A stretch of 64,000 nt of DNA. Origin: Carcharhinus amblyrhynchos. Lineage: Eukaryota. Under the pieces are notes generated by a model, which was not told where the DNA came from, searched no databases, and saw nothing but the letters and a program-made list of their open reading frames with translations. The position numbers and the translations under genes are program-made. The stretch spans positions 23,064,001-23,128,000 of the forward strand of contig OZ336872.1 in NCBI GenBank assembly GCA_965287045.1. Reading direction: 5' to 3'. Below are positions 39,327 through 53,507 of the stretch, piece by piece. Positions within the stretch are counted from its first letter, which is position 1. The number at the start of each line of letters is the position of its first letter.

Positions 39327-39632
39327 GGGAGGTAGTGGTATAGTCGCTGGACTGGTAATCCAGGGCAACACTATGATTCACTGGGGACCCAGGTTCGAAT
39401 CCCACCACAGCAAATCAAAATCTGGAATTAAAAATCTGGTAATGATCATTCTCGATTGTCATAAAAACCCATGTGGTTTCACTAACGTCCTTCAGGGAAG
39501 GAATCGGCAGTCCTTACCCAGTCTGCCCTATATGCGACTCCAAATCCATAGCAATGTGGTTGACTCTTACTGCCCTCCAGGACAGGCAATAAATGCAGGC
39601 CCAGCCATGCCCACATCCCATAAAAATGAATT
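39327..39632 (+). mobile_element. Second SINE family copy
   Basis: gggaggtagtggtatag...aggttcgaatcccacc...ggcaataaatgc. Confidence 0.75.
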
Positions 39633-39702
39633 TTAAAATCTCAAACAGTTCCTTGATTGGCTCCTTTTACTATCTGTATGCCTACAGAAGTCATGGGGAT
39701 GA

Positions 39703-39796
39703 AAAGAGAAAACATTGAAACTGCCTAGCAGGTCAGGCAGCATCAGTGCAGATAGAAACAGAACTAATGTTTCAGGTGATGATCTTTCATCAGAAG
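39703..39796 (-). mobile_element. Penelope-type tail of a second family with a degenerate hammerhead core
   Basis: Minus strand: ttCTGATGAaagatcatcacctGAAAcaTTagttctgtttctatctgcactgatgctgcctgacctgct. Stems are decayed. Confidence 0.5.
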
Positions 39797-40634
39797 GGAT
39801 AAGGAGGAGGGGGAAGGAAGGAAGGAAGGAGGGAAAGGAAGTGGGAGAACATGAAAGAGAATGCAAGGGAAAAAAGAAATGTGGATGAGGGGTCCCAGAG
39901 CAGGGAGATACTGAGTGTTAATGATCTCTGTTTTTCATCAGAAAAAAAACACATCAGTAACAGGAAAAATCAATTGGCCTACAACAAACTGCTCTAAACT
40001 GGCAAGCTCAATATTTGTCTCAGCAGTTAAAAATCAGTGGTAACCATATTCCCATCTTTTATTATGAAATCAGTAGTTGTTGGCAAAGGAAATGATCACC
40101 TCAAAGTCAAAAAGAAATGCTTTCAAGATGAAAACAATAAATAAAAAGGCCACAGTGCTGCAAGACTTTTTCCCCAAATCAATTCTTATTCAATTCTACT
40201 TCTAAGAAAGGTCAGATATCACTCAAGCTGAAGGTTGCAGATGTGTGGCAGCCAAAGACGTTGGCTGAAATAGCCATCAAGAAATAAAGCTTTAAAATGC
40301 ACACAATTTGATCCAAGCCGGGAATCGAACTCTGGAGCTATGGGGCATCAGTGCAAACCACTACGCCGTCCTTCTGACCCAAACTAACTCTTAGCAAGAC
40401 CACAGGAAAGCCACCTAATTACTTACTGATTTACAATTTTCTCTTTTACTGTTTCCAAATTTAGTGTCAAGTATTTATAATCTTGTCCCTTTAGTTTGAG
40501 GTTACTCAATGTAATGATGACCATTAATTCAAACATAATTTGGAATAAAAGTTAAAAAACAATTCTCTCTCAGAAAATGGGAAAATGAATGAACAGGGGG
40601 AATCCTTCCATGTGCGAGCGTAATGACTCACTTT

Positions 40635-41620
40635 CATTTATTCATTCAAGCTATGTGGGCTTTTGCTGGTTCAGCCAGCATTTACTGCCCATCCCTAATT
40701 GCCCTCATGATGATGGTGGTGGTGAGCTGTGACTTCTTGAACCGTTGAAGTCCCTGAGGTGTAGGTACACCCACAGTGCTGTTAGGGAGGACGCTCCATG
40801 ATTTTGACCCAGCAACAGTAAAAGAACGGTGATATAGTTCAAAGTCAAGATATTGAGTGGTTTGAAGGGGAACTTCCAGGTGGTGGTGTTGCCATGTATC
40901 TACTGTCCTTGTCCTTCTACATGTAGTGGTCATGGGTTTGAAAGATGCTGCCTAGGGAGCCTTGGTAAGTTCCTGCAAAGTAAGTAATACACACAACTGT
41001 TACTGTGTGTTTGTGGAAAGGATGCCAATGAAGTAGACTGTTTTGTCCTGGATAGTGTCACACTTCCTGAGTGATGCTGGTGCTGCACTCCTCCAGGCAA
41101 GGGGAGAGTACTCTTGACTTGCGCCTCCTAGATTGTGGTGATACTCTGGGGAGTCAAGAACTGAGTTATTCATTGCTAGGATTCCTAGCCTCTGACCTGC
41201 TCTCAGAGCCACAGTATTTATACGGCTAGTCCAGATCAGTTTCTGGTCAATGGTAACCCCCGGGATGTTGATAGTGAGAGATTCAATGAGGACACTGCCA
41301 ATGATTGCCATGGGGCAATGCTTAAATGCTTTCTGGGAACTGTGTGGCACAACGTTACTTGCCACTTGTCAGTCCCAAGCCTGGGTATTATCCAAGCCTT
41401 ATTGCATTTAAACACAGACTGTATACAAGTGGTGTGGTTGGTGCTGAACATTGTGCTGTCATCAGTGAATTTCTGACCTTATGGTGGAAGGAAGGTCATT
41501 GATGAAACAGCTAAAAGTGGCTGGGTCTAGGGCACTCCCCTGAGGAACTCCTGTCGTGATTCCTGGAGCCGAGGTGACTGACCTCCAACAACCATAACCA
41601 TCTTCCTTTGTGCTAGGTTT
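40635..41620 (-). mobile_element. Degenerate LINE (L2/CR1-clade) 3' part, partner of the second SINE family
   Basis: GVTIDQKLIWTSRIN..RAGQRLGIL..EYSPLAW remnant; the 3' end (cagcatttactgcccatccctaattgccct) is shared with the SINEs at 8368, 12767 and 39327. Confidence 0.65.
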
Positions 41621-42139
41621 GATGGAGCTTTTGAACCATGGACACTATAGTCAAACTCTACCTACTAAAGTCCATATCACATTGACTAAATACCCTTTGA
41701 ATACCCAGGCAGCCTGTCTTTGTAATTAATTGATTTGTTTTGAAGCTCTAGTTAATGTCATTAAAAGTAGGCAATTTAAAAAACTGGGAGTAGGAAGAGC
41801 TACGTCAATCCTGGAATACATTAATCAATTGACAGTATAAACCCCTCAGGAAATATATCAATTGGTTATAGATGCTATTCATTGGTATTAAAACAGGCAG
41901 CATTCAGAGCCTGGTGCATAATGATGTGCTACAATACTTAGATCCTTTAAAATGCCACATTTTCAATGATGGGTGCAGAGTAAAATCACGTCATTCTCTG
42001 AAAATAGTGAACTCCTCTCAGCATTTCTGAGCATTTCGCATGTTTTTAAGTCTTTACATTAATGTCTCCTCATAAGAGATTTCTTTGACAGTATTCTTGC
42101 TGCAGTTCCAGTACGAATGAGGGGAAACATTTCAGACAA

Positions 42140-42680
42140 GACCAAGAAAATTTGGCACGTTAGCTACGACGCTCACCAATTTTTACAGATGCCCTATAAA
42201 CAGCGTTCTTTGTAGTTGTGTCACAGCTTGGTATGGCTCTTGCTCTGCCCAAGACTGCAAGGAACTACAAGAGGTCGTGAATGTAGCCCAATCCATCACG
42301 CAAACCAGCCTCCCATCCATTGACTCTGTCCACACTTCCTGCTGCCTCAGCAAAGCAGCCAGCATAATTAAGGATCAAACGCACCCTGGACATTCTCTCT
42401 TCCACCTTCTTCCTTCAAGAAAAAGGTACAAAAGTCTGAGGTCACATACCAACCAATTCAAGAACAGCTTCTTCTCTGCTGCTGTCAGACTTTTGAATGG
42501 ATTTACCTTGCATTAAGTTGATCTTTCTCTACACCTTAGCTATGACTGTAACACTACATTCTGCACTCTTTTGTTTCCTTCTCTAGGAACGGTATATTTT
42601 GTCTGTATAGCGTGCAAGAAACAATACTTTTCACTGTATGTTAATACATGTGACAATAATAAATCAAATCAAACCAAATC
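42140..42680 (+). mobile_element. Rex1/Babar-like LINE 3' fragment
   Basis: KAASIIKDQTHPGHSLFHLLPS..FKNSFF remnant; tail gtgacaataataaatcaaatcaaa. Confidence 0.65.
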
Positions 42681-42939
42681 AGTGCGAGTAAACTTCAGAT
42701 TGGTCTACAGCACATTATCAAACCTGTTCATGACCTGCAAGTACTGTAGCAGTGAAAGGCTGGAATCCTTACCAATGCATGAAATATACAGAAGTTAGTG
42801 CTGGCTAGACCAATATTTATTGCCCATCACTAGTTGTTCTCAAGGAGGTGGTGGTTCAACCTATTCCATGTAACTGTTTATTGTCCTTGCAAACGAACAG
42901 TGCTAATCATCACGTTTTCTTCATTCATCCATCTATCCA

Positions 42940-44445
42940 GGACAAGAACAAAGAAAAGCACAGCACAGGAACAGGCCCTTCGGCCCTCCAAACCTGTGTT
43001 GATCACAATGTCCTAACTAAACAAAACCTTCTGTCCTTACTCAGTCCGTATCCCTCTATTCCCCCCCATTCATGTATCCATTCAGATGCCTCTTAACTGT
43101 TGCTAACGTGCCTGCTTCCACCACCTCCTCTGGCAACACGTTCCAGGCACCCACCACTCTGTGTGAAAAACATCCCCTCCCTGCACATCTACCTTAAACT
43201 TCCCCCCTCCCTCACCGTGAATCTGTGGCCCCTTGTAACTGACACTTCCATACTTGGAAAAAAGCCTCTGACTATCCACCAGGTAGTCTGTCTATGCCTC
43301 TCAATTTTGTAGACCTCTATCAGGTCTCCCCTCAGCCTCCATTTTTCCAGTGAAAACAATCCTAGTTCATTCACCCTCTCCTCATAGCCAAAGCCCTTGA
43401 GACCAGGCAACATCCTGGTGAACCTTCTTTACAATCTCTTCAAACCTTCTACATTCTTCTGGTAGCGTGGTGACCAGAACTTCTCAAAATACTCCAAATG
43501 CTGCCTAACCAAGGTTTTAGTTGCAACATGATCTGCTAACTCTTGTACTTAATGCCCTGGCTGATGAAAGCAAACATGCCATATGCCTTCTTAATCACCT
43601 TGGTCGTATGTGCTGCCACTTTTAGGGAATTGTGGACCTGAACGCCCAGATCCCTCTGGATGTTAACGCTCCTAAGGGTTCTGCCATTATTAGTATAATT
43701 CACACCTAAATTTGATCCTCCAAAATGCATCACCTCGCATTTGTCGGGATTAAACTCCATCTGCCGTTTGTGTCCAGAACAAAGAACAAACAAAATCACA
43801 GCACGGAACAGGCCTTTTGGCCCTCTGAGCCTGAACTGACTATGCTGCCTGACAGAACTAAAACCCCCTACCCTTCCAGGGACTATAGCCCTCTCTTCCC
43901 ATCCTATTCATGTATTTGTCAAGATGCCCCTTAAAAGTCACTATCGTATTTGCTTCCACTACCTCCCCCAGCAGCAAGTTCCAGATACCCATTGCCCTCT
44001 GTGCAAAAACTTGCCTCGTACATCTCCTTTAAACCCTGCTCCTCGCACCTTAAATCTACGCCCCCTAGTAATTTACTCTCCCATCCTGAGAAAAAGCTTC
44101 TGACTATCCACTCTGTCCATGCCCAATCTATCTGTATCCTGTTGTATCCCTTGACAATCCCCAGCACTATCAGCAACTCCACCAATCTTCGCGTCATTTG
44201 CAAACTTACTGATCAGGGCACATACATTTTCCTCCAGACCATTTATATATATTACAAACAACAGAGGCCCCAGCACTGATGCCTGCAGAACACCACTAGC
44301 TACAGGTCTCCATTCTGAAAAACACCACTACTCACTGTCATGTATAACCAAGCCAGTTCTATATCCAGTCCACCCTGAATGTGATTTTAATTTCTGTACC
44401 AGTCTGCCATGTGGGATCTTGTCAAATGCCTTACCAAAGTCAATC
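42940..44445 (-). mobile_element. CR1 LINE fragment with a second CR1 3' end nested at about 43777-44120
   Basis: ORF remnants GPLLFVIYIN..SKFANDAKIGG, FNPDKCEVMHFG and LRGDLIEVYK. Two separate (gaacaaa) tails; the host element resumes at about 44121. Confidence 0.8.
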
Positions 44446-44794
44446 TAATCTAAAATGTTGATATAGTATCTACTGTAATCCTGGAAGCGAATTCAGCAGC
44501 CTGTGTGTAGTGAATTTTGCTTTTTCCTTTGTTCAACATTTCCTGCATTTGATCTTCCATCTGTGGTCCCTTATCATTTTACATCCTTCAACTACTAGAA
44601 ACTCTCTCTTCTAACAGGATTTCAAATACTTCAATCATATCTTCCCTGTGGTCATCTTGTTCTAGTGAAATGTCTCAGATTTTTATTGCTTTCTTCCCAG
44701 TTGTATTTTCTTGAAACATGCAGAAGTGTAGTGAATTGGGGATGTACTCTCTTTATAATCCTTAAACCCCTCCCTCACGGTATGGCACACCATT

Positions 44795-45240
44795 AACATA
44801 CATAGGAACACAGGAAATAGGAGCAGTCGGCGGCCATTCAGCCTTTTCAGTCTGCTCTGCCATTCATTATGATCATGGCTGATCATTCAACTCAGTAACA
44901 GCTTCTCTTTTTTCCCCCCCATATTCTTTGATCCCTTTACCCAAGTGCTATATTAAATTCCTTTGTAAAAACACACAATGTTTTGGCCTCAGCTGCTTTC
45001 TGTGGTAGAGAATTACACAGGCTCACCACTTTCTGGTGAAGAAATAGCTCCTCATCTCAGTCCCAAATGGTCTACCCTGTATCCTCAGACTGCGACCCCT
45101 GTTCTGGGCATCCACACTATCCTTCCTGCATCTACCCTGTCTTGCCCTGGTAGATTTATAGGCTTCCATGAGATCCCCTCCCATCCTTCTAAATTCCTGC
45201 AAACATAATCATAACTGACTCAACCTCTCCTCATATGTCA
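44795..45240 (-). mobile_element. CR1 3' fragment
   Basis: aggagcagtcggcggccattcagcc tail followed by ORF2 C-terminal remnant. Confidence 0.65.
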
Positions 45241-47337
45241 GTGTAATCTTGAGGATTTATATAGCTTCATTGATGTAATTCTTGGCATTTCTGTTCCAAA
45301 CCTCATAATAAAACTGAAGATTCCACTGACTACTTTTTTTCCAAGAAAAGCCCATCAGTTGGTGATGGTTCTTTCAATACCCTCTAAACCTGTATTCTCA
45401 AATCCCTATAAAGGTTCACGGCACTAACATTCTTGTGTTCAGAGCATAATGACCCAAAGATACATCTTGAAGGTGGATGATATTCTTTTCACTGACAGCC
45501 ACATTTACAATACATATTCCTTCCAACAGTTGAATTGTGTGTGAAATATTTGGAGTTGACCAGAGTATCACAGTGTACAGTACACAAAGAATTTTATATA
45601 ATTATTGCAAAATTCAATTGTTTGTACTCAAATTTATTCCTAGTCATCTGCTGCATTTAGCTGCTCATCAGTTCACTTAATATGAGATTGGGGGTGGGAT
45701 TCTCTGATCCATGGACACCCCGCTGTAAACAAGAACAGAGAATTTGGCGTTTCAGCCAAAACTCCATTCACTTTCCGAGGAACCAGAGAACCCCCAGCCT
45801 CGAATGAGGATGGAGCTTTTAGTGTACATCTCATTCCTCGGGCGTAAACTGTTCTTTTCCCCCCCAAACAGAAAGAACAGTTCATGTGCACCAGGTAAAA
45901 TTATATCATTTTATTCCTGAGACAGAACTTCCGTGAACATTCAGAATAGCTAAACCATCAAATATCTGCACCACACTCGAGTCCATCACCCTTCCTGGCT
46001 GATTACTCAAGTTGAATCAGGTAGAGTACAATTTCTTTCCACTGTTGGGCCATTTTTGAATTCAACACTTCATGCCATCACCTGGTCACTTCCGCATCCA
46101 CAATACTGTTCTCCTGACTACCTCCGTTACTGAAACTCTGGTCACAAATCTTCTGAATTACTTCCTCAAATACCTCGTTTGCTGCCCTGCCAGGGTCCAA
46201 ACTATTGAGTCTTCAATCACTCCAAAAAGAAAATTCACTGTTTTCACAACCTGTCTTCTTTCTTTTGCTTAAGGTGTCATATAAATGTTATGGCAGAGGG
46301 CAAAAATTCTGCACACTGTTTGAGAGTCTAAATTTAAACTGCATATGGCACAGGACATCTTTAAAAGGAAGGAATCCATCACTGATTTGTTGCATTCAAG
46401 TTCCTTAATACACAAGTATTATATGATCACATGCTTTCAGAAATAGGGGCATTGACACTTAAAACATGTGGCCTCATACTGATACAAAGATTCTGGTTTT
46501 TTTATATTTATACCAGTTCCCTAATTGTACCGTACAGAAATGAGATGGTACAGGTTAAAAATAATTACAATGTTGGCAGAATTTCTACATTTCCAATTAA
46601 TTGAATTTTTTAAATTTTCTGCTGCAAACATAGCAAAGCCTACACTCAGATAATACCTTTACTGAAACGTCAGGCAAACATGGCATTATTTTGTTCAGTT
46701 AGTGTCGACAGGAAGCAAACTGCAGTGTAATTAATGTAATTAAAACAGACCCATGCTGGCAAAAATATAAAAGAAAGTAAAAGAGCATCCTTCTTATCCG
46801 CCTTTAAGGGAATAAAATCGGATTAACTCAGTGAATACAACTATTTCTTTCTGCCCTTCATAATTTTGCTTTGCGGCTGTTAGACTGTCATTAACCTGTC
46901 ATACAGAAACTGTCTTCCATAACGCATCCATCTTTTGCCTACTTTCAGATGAGCTTTCAAGAGTATTTCACGATACAAAGAAATTTAAAAGCTTTAGCAA
47001 TTTCACACTAATAATCTTTAAATGTGTGACCATTATGGAACTTTTCAATTCAACTATTAAGATTGCACCACACGATTCATATCAGGAAAAGTAAAAACAT
47101 CACAGACACCATGAGGCTGAGGACAGAGGAGGCATCTGTGCTCGACTGGATTTTACAATACTGACCATGTACCTCGGTTATATAGTTTCTTGAGTGGAGG
47201 AGGGAGGAGGAAAACATTCCATCCATCTCTCAAATTTGATAAATACCCCAGATTCATAGCACACATTTTGAGATGGTTGTGTGGAACATTGGACTTTGTG
47301 AATGGTTGCATTGGTAAGGTTTGGATGCCTTTGCGGG

Positions 47338-47628
47338 AGGCATGTGGCACAGTGGTTAGTACTGCTGCCTCTCAGTGCCAGGGACTGGGGTTCAATTTTG
47401 ACCTCAGGTCAGTGTATGGAGTTTGCAATGTTCACCCCCTGTCTGCATGCGCTTCCACCCACAGTCTGAAAGACATGTTGATTAAGTTGATTGGCCATGC
47501 TAAATTGCCCTTCGCACAAGGAGGATTAGCAGTGTAGATTTGGGAATGGGGACTGGGTGGGATTGCTGTTGGCGCAGGCTCAATGGGCCAAATGGCTCCT
47601 ATTGCATTGTCAGGATTCTATGATTCTA
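47338..47628 (+). mobile_element. HE1-like V-SINE
   Basis: gtggcacagtggttagtactgctgcctc...ggattctatgattct. Confidence 0.82.
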
Positions 47629-47974
47629 AGCCATCAGCGTCCCAGGTATTTTGCTGCTCACTATGCAATTTTCCATACAAAACTTTTAATTCACAATGCC
47701 AGAGGATTAATTCCATTCATTGGTTAGCTTGTAGTGTAGCCAATGCCAAAGCTCCAGAGTGCGGTTAAACAGGATATGCTTATAATAGGGGATTGCTGCC
47801 AAAAACTCCTAAATGGTATATCAAATATTTCATCAAGGATATAAATTATGTTCCGAAGCATTTTTTGTTCTATTTGAAATTCATTTTTAGATTTCTCAAT
47901 AACAAGCTTCCCTGCAGTTCAATTCTTTTTTAATTATTAAAACAATGTTTTACTTCATGTAAATAATTTTAATG

Positions 47975-48355
47975 ACTTGATGGGGGATCTTATTGAAACT
48001 TACAGGATACTGCAAGACCTGGAGAGCGTGGATGTGGAGAGGATATTTCTCTAGTAGGAAAGACTAGAACCAGAGGGCACAACCTCAGGCTGAAGGGACG
48101 ATCTTTTAAAACAGAGATGAGGAGGAATTTCTTCAGCCAGAGGGTGGAAGTCTTTGCCACAGAAGGCTGTGGAGGCCAGATCATTGAGTGTCTTTAAGAC
48201 AGAGATAGATAGGTTCTTGAACAATAAGGGGATCTGAGGTTATGAGGAAAAGGCAGGAGAACGGGCATGAGAAAAGTATCAGCCATGATTGAGTGGCGGA
48301 CCAGACTCGATGGGCCAGCGGCCTAATTCTGCTCCTATGTCTTATGGTCTTATGT
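47975..48355 (+). mobile_element. CR1 3' fragment
   Basis: gggggatcttattgaaacttacaggatactg...ctaattctgctcctatgtcttatggtcttat. Confidence 0.75.
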
Positions 48356-48599
48356 TAAAATTAGTGCAAAGTTAGTGAGAAAAAGCTATTTAGCTAAGAG
48401 AACAGAAAAAGTTAAAAATTTAATTTGAAATCCAACAATAGCACAATTTTCCACTTTAGGTTTTAATTTGTTTCATACATTGGTTAAAATGAGGCAGGGC
48501 CGGTTAGACTGGAAAGGGGGTTAGTGGGAAAAACAATTGGGCTGACAATGGGCTAACTTCAAACCGGAAGTGGTCTGGACTCAGTCAAGGTATATTCCC

Positions 48600-49580
48600 T
48601 TAAAAGGAGAAAGATAGGGCGATCAACTGCAGAGCTACCCAGATGAAAAAAAGAGATAGGAATTAGGGCAAGGAAGAAAGTATGTATTTCTGACAGATGT
48701 TACATAGAGAACCAAGAGGAAAAGTTCAGAGGGAAGGTGAAAAGGTACATTAGAGAAGTGACGATGCGTGAGAAAAGATAGGTAGCCAACATAAAAGGGA
48801 ACCCAAAGTCTTGTATAAAACCATACAAATAGTAAAAGGATGGTGAGAGGAGTAGAGCCGATTAGGGACCTAAAAAGGGAATTTATACACGTGGGGGGGA
48901 TGGTGGGGGGTGGGGGGGGAGAGGTGGGCATGGCTGAGTATTAAATTAATACTTTGCATCCATCTTTACCGAGGAGGTACATGCTACCCAGGACATGGTG
49001 ACAGACAAGGGAAGTTGTTCTTTGAGGATTTCAAAATTGAGAATTGAATAGACAGTTGGTACTCAAAGCTGACACAACACTGGGACCAGATGAGATTCAT
49101 CCGAGGATATTGAAGGAAGTGAGTGTGGAAATTGCGGGATACTGGCCATTATCTTCCAGTCTTCTCTACACTCAGGGGATGTTCTAGAGGACTGAAGAGT
49201 TACAAATGTTACTCCCTTGTTCAAAAAAGGCTGTAAAAGCACAGTCCTAGCAATTACAGACCAGTCAGTTTAACATCAGTGGCGAGCAAGCTTCTAGAAA
49301 CAATTATTCGGAATATTTAGCAGAATAGAAATTAAAATAGAATTAGTAGTCACATGGAAAAACTTGTGGGTTGGTTAGGAAGAGCCAAAGTGGATTTCTA
49401 AAGGGAAATTGTGTTTCACCGAGCCTACTAGCGTTTTTCTGAGAAGGTAACAGAAAGGGTCAACAGGGATAATGCTGATTGTGTAGTGTGCGTGGACTTT
49501 CAGAAGGCATTCTGTACAGTGCCACACGATAGACTTCTGACAAAAGTTATAGCTCATGGAATAAAAGGACAGTAGCATCT
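48600..49580 (+). mobile_element. Degenerate CR1 ORF2 (RT N-terminal region)
   Basis: caattacagaccagtcagtttaacatcagt (NYRPVSLTS) and gactttcagaaggcatt (DFQKAF) remnants. Confidence 0.7.
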
Positions 49581-49583
49581 GGG

Positions 49584-50542
49584 GTTATGTTTCTGTTAAA
49601 CCGTGGTTCTATTGTGCTGAGAGAGATTTACAGTGAAATAAGACGATTAGCTTGGAGAAGGAAAGAGATGTTACTTAGCAACCAGGGGTACCTTCAGGTT
49701 ATGAAGGCTTTTTTTTCTTGATTGTGTTTAACTGAATTTATAGTAGTTGGTGACAGGAAGCTGAGGGGGGGGGGGGGGGCGGTGGGGGGAAGCAGCTCTT
49801 AGCTTTGCTAGAAGAAGAGCCATACAATGGGGTAATGGTTAAAAAAGCCAATGCCAGAAATTGAAAGAATAGCTAGTTATGAAAACTAGAGAAATAAAGA
49901 GAAGTTTCTAAGTCTGAGATTAAAGGAATAGTGGAAACTGGAACTGGAACAGTTAATTCAAATCACAGACAGAGCTAATAATGAGTTGGCATCTGAAGTG
50001 GTTCTAGGATGTATGTTATCCGACTAGCTTGTGCGACATTCGTCGAAATAACTGTGGTGCAACTCGTGGCTAGATTTTGAAGTTAGCGTCAAAGCATTCA
50101 AGGCATAGAGAGTCCTGAAAGGAGAGTTGGAAAACCTGGAGGTTGATTCTGGATGAAAACAGCTGATGAAAAGCAAAGATGATTGTAAAGCATATCTTTT
50201 TGAGTGGAGTTTGGAAACACTCATGTTCCTGGGGTGAAATTTGAGGAGAAATCCACCAAAGATCAGTTGAGTGAATCTGCTAGTTGTTTTCAGAGTGGGG
50301 TGTTATCCTTGAAATCTGTGTATATTTGTTTAGATATGGGGGAGTGAAGGAGTAGTGTATTATAATCAAACTTTTCATGCATAATAAATGTTTTCTTTCT
50401 TGTTGCTAAAAACTAATTGGCAGTCCTGTGACTTTGTTCTTCCATTTTTTTTAAACAAAAAGTAGAACGTTACGATCTTCTAAACCAGGATTCCAATCTG
50501 GGATCCGCCCATCCAGTAGTAATACCAATGAGGATCGTAGCA
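49584..50542 (+). mobile_element. Possible degenerate solo LTR abutting the CR1 fragment
   Basis: Abrupt break in the CR1 sequence; ends aataaa...ggatcgtagca, similar to the end of the LTR at 26732. No clear TSD. Confidence 0.35.
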
Positions 50543-50574
50543 TTATCTAGACATGATTAATATTCAGCTCGATC

Positions 50575-50945
50575 ACAGAATTGGTTTAGCACAGGAGGCG
50601 GCTCTCAGGCCTATCATGTCTGCACCTGCTCTACAAATGAGCAACTCTCTATAGCCATTCCCCCAACTTCTCCCACAGCCCTGTACCACCTTCCTGTTCA
50701 GACAGTAACCTAATCCCTTTTTGAAAGCCTCAACTAAACTTGACTCCACCACAGTCTCAGGTAGTGCATTATAGGCCCCAACCACCCCGCAAGACAGAGG
50801 AGTTTTTTTCATGTTGTTTTTGCTTCTTTTACCTATTATTCTAACTTTGTGCGCCCTCGTTCTGGATCCTCTCACAAGCGGGAATAATTCTTTTCCTATT
50901 ACCCTGTTCAACCTACCTTTGAATACCTCCTCTCAGCGTTCTCTT
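50575..50945 (-). mobile_element. Degenerate CR1 3' fragment
   Basis: LFPLVRGSRTRAHK...NALPETVVE remnant. Confidence 0.6.
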
Positions 50946-51309
50946 GATGCAGAGGCAGAATTAATTTATAAATGAAATTTAACAAAAAAAATGCAATTGT
51001 ATGCTAAATGCGATTAAGTGTACTGTATCATAACAATGTAGTTTATTGTGGATTGTAGGTTTTTAAATGAGACTTTTGTTTTTCTCCCTGCCCTCCCCCA
51101 CAATGTTTATCTTGGAGCCTTGATGCGGGTGGGGTGGGAGGGGGAAGTAGCCTACTCCTTGGCTGTGCTGGCCCACAACTGCCTGCTGAACAAATACAAG
51201 AGAGGCCCCAGGACAATTTCTATGTCACCGTAAGGCCACACAAAATCTACACGCTGCTTTGCCCTAAACAATGACATCAGTATCAGCTGTCAGTCTCAGA
51301 GTGGCAGCT

Positions 51310-51770
51310 GTGGCTCTCCTGGTTGTATTGTTGCCTTTCCAATCAGAAGGTTCTGGGTTCATTTCCCACTCCAGGGCTCGAGTACATAATCAAAAGCAAA
51401 CAATCCTCGAGTACTGAGGAAATGCTGCACTGTCGAAGGTGACATCTTTCAAGTGAGACAATAATTCAAGATCTTATTTGCCTGCTTTGGGAGGATCACA
51501 TGTTGCTTTTTTTTAAAAAAGGGCAGGGAATTTAACCCTGGGTACTGACCAATTTTTATCACTTAGTCAACATTATCAAAATCAGATTATCTATTCATCA
51601 TCACAGTGTTGTTTCCAGGGAATATTGCTATTTGCATCCCAGCTCCACAACAGTGTACTTCATGTGCTGTAAAGCACCTCGAGCCATCTGATAGTTATGA
51701 AAGGCCCTCTATGACAACACATCTTTCATTTTCTTTTCAGTAACCCCACCCACGTTGCTTCCTGTCACAC
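51310..51770 (+). mobile_element. DeuSINE (SacSINE1-like), ancient
   Basis: ggttctgggttcatttcccactccag...gtactgaggaaatgctgcactgtcgaaggtg...gctgtaaagcac..tgaaagg layout; recognised from memory of the consensus. Confidence 0.55.
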
Positions 51771-51919
51771 AATTTTTGCAACTTGCAGGCTGCAACTTTT
51801 TACTGAAGCAAAAATGAAACAAAAGGAAGCAATGACACACTTGCCCACTGAGTAGAATGGTTCTCTTGAAACCCTAGCTGTTTGAAAGTCTCATAATACG
51901 TACAAATCATTGAAAGTAA

Positions 51920-53145
51920 AAGCAAACTTGAGTGCGTGGTTAATAGAGGATATTGATTCTGAGCTTTCTAAACAGGGATAGAGTGTACAAGAGCGCCAAA
52001 ACCTGTATAAACCATTGATTTGGGTCTCAACTGGAGCACTGGATCCAGTTCTGGCCATTACACTAAGGAAGGGTGTGAACCTATTGCAGAGATTGTTGAA
52101 AAAAAAAGTTCATGAAAATGGTTCCAGGGATTGAGAAACTTCGGCTATGTCAATGGATTGGAAAAGTTGAAGCTGGTCTCCTTGAAGACGAGAAGCTTGT
52201 CAGACAATTTGATAGAAGTATTTAAAATGACGAGCAATACGATACTCCTTATGCACTTATGACTTTGTGGCCAAATTCCGCCCCAACTTAACTTTCAAGT
52301 TTGCTGATGACACTACTGTAGTGGATCGGATCTCAAACAATGATGAGATGGAGTACAGGAATGACAGAGAATCTGGTGAAATGGTATGACAATCTCTCCC
52401 TCAACGTCAGTACAGCAGAGATAGTTATCGACTTCAGGAAGTGTAATGGAGGACATGTTTCTGTCTACATCAACATGGATGAAGTGGAAATGATTGAAAG
52501 CTTCAAGGTTCTAGGTGTCCAGATTGCCAACAACCTGTCCTGATCCCTCCATGCCAATGCTACAGTTAAGAAAGCCCACCAATGCCTCTATGTTCTCAGG
52601 AAGCTAAGGAAATTCAGCACGTCTTCTACAACTTTCACCAATTTTTACAGTATCCTTTCTGGATGCATCATAATTTGGTATGGCTCCTGCTCTGACCAAG
52701 ACCGCAAGAAAATGCAAAGGGTTGTTGGACATAGTCACGGTATGCTTAATCCACATAGCGCACAAAAGAATACTTTTCACTGTGTACCAAAACGTGTGAC
52801 AATAATAAATCAAATCAAACAGAACGTAGGAAGAAATTCTTACCATCGGTGGAAGGATCGAGAACCAGAGAATTGATTTGTGATTGGCCAAAGAAGCAAT
52901 GACAACATGAGGAAAAAGTTGCGTACACACCAACTGATTATGTTTTCTGATGTGCTGCCTGTAGGTGTGGTGGAGGCAGATTTAATCATAATTTTCAGAA
53001 GAGAATTAGGTCATTGCTGAAAATGAAAAACTTGCAGGGTCATGGTGAAAAAGCAAGGCAGTGGGATTAGCTGAATTGTTCTTGCAAAGGGCTGGCACAG
53101 ACATGATAGGCTGAATGGCCTCCTTCTGCACTATACCAATTCTAT
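51920..53145 (+). mobile_element. Old CR1 fragment split by a Rex1/Babar-like LINE piece (about 52245-52820)
   Basis: CR1 motifs at 51920-52230 and 52830-53145. The inner piece has aagtttgctgatgacac (KFADD) and the same tail as 42140-42680. Confidence 0.6.
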
Positions 53146-53507
53146 GGTGTTAATATTACATTAGATTTGACTGTGAAGTGCAATTGTAAAGGTAACATTA
53201 AAATTCTAAAATGTTCATGCGCCATTTATTAATTGCTAGCCAAAATATTTCTACAGTTTTTTTCACAAAACCAAAACCTTTACTATTGGCAACTTTGGTT
53301 TTTGTTACAAGTTTCAATCTGCTGTACATGCTGTAGTATCAACTGCTCCTACAAATAACTAACCTCCCTCAGCCCTTGCACATCATTAACCAAAAATATG
53401 CTCCTTAAATGCCAGGGTAAACTCACATTGATCAATATTTATTATGCATTGTAAAACAAGATACCCATGTCTTTTGCATATGCCTCTATGTGCCTTGCCA
53501 ATCTTTT

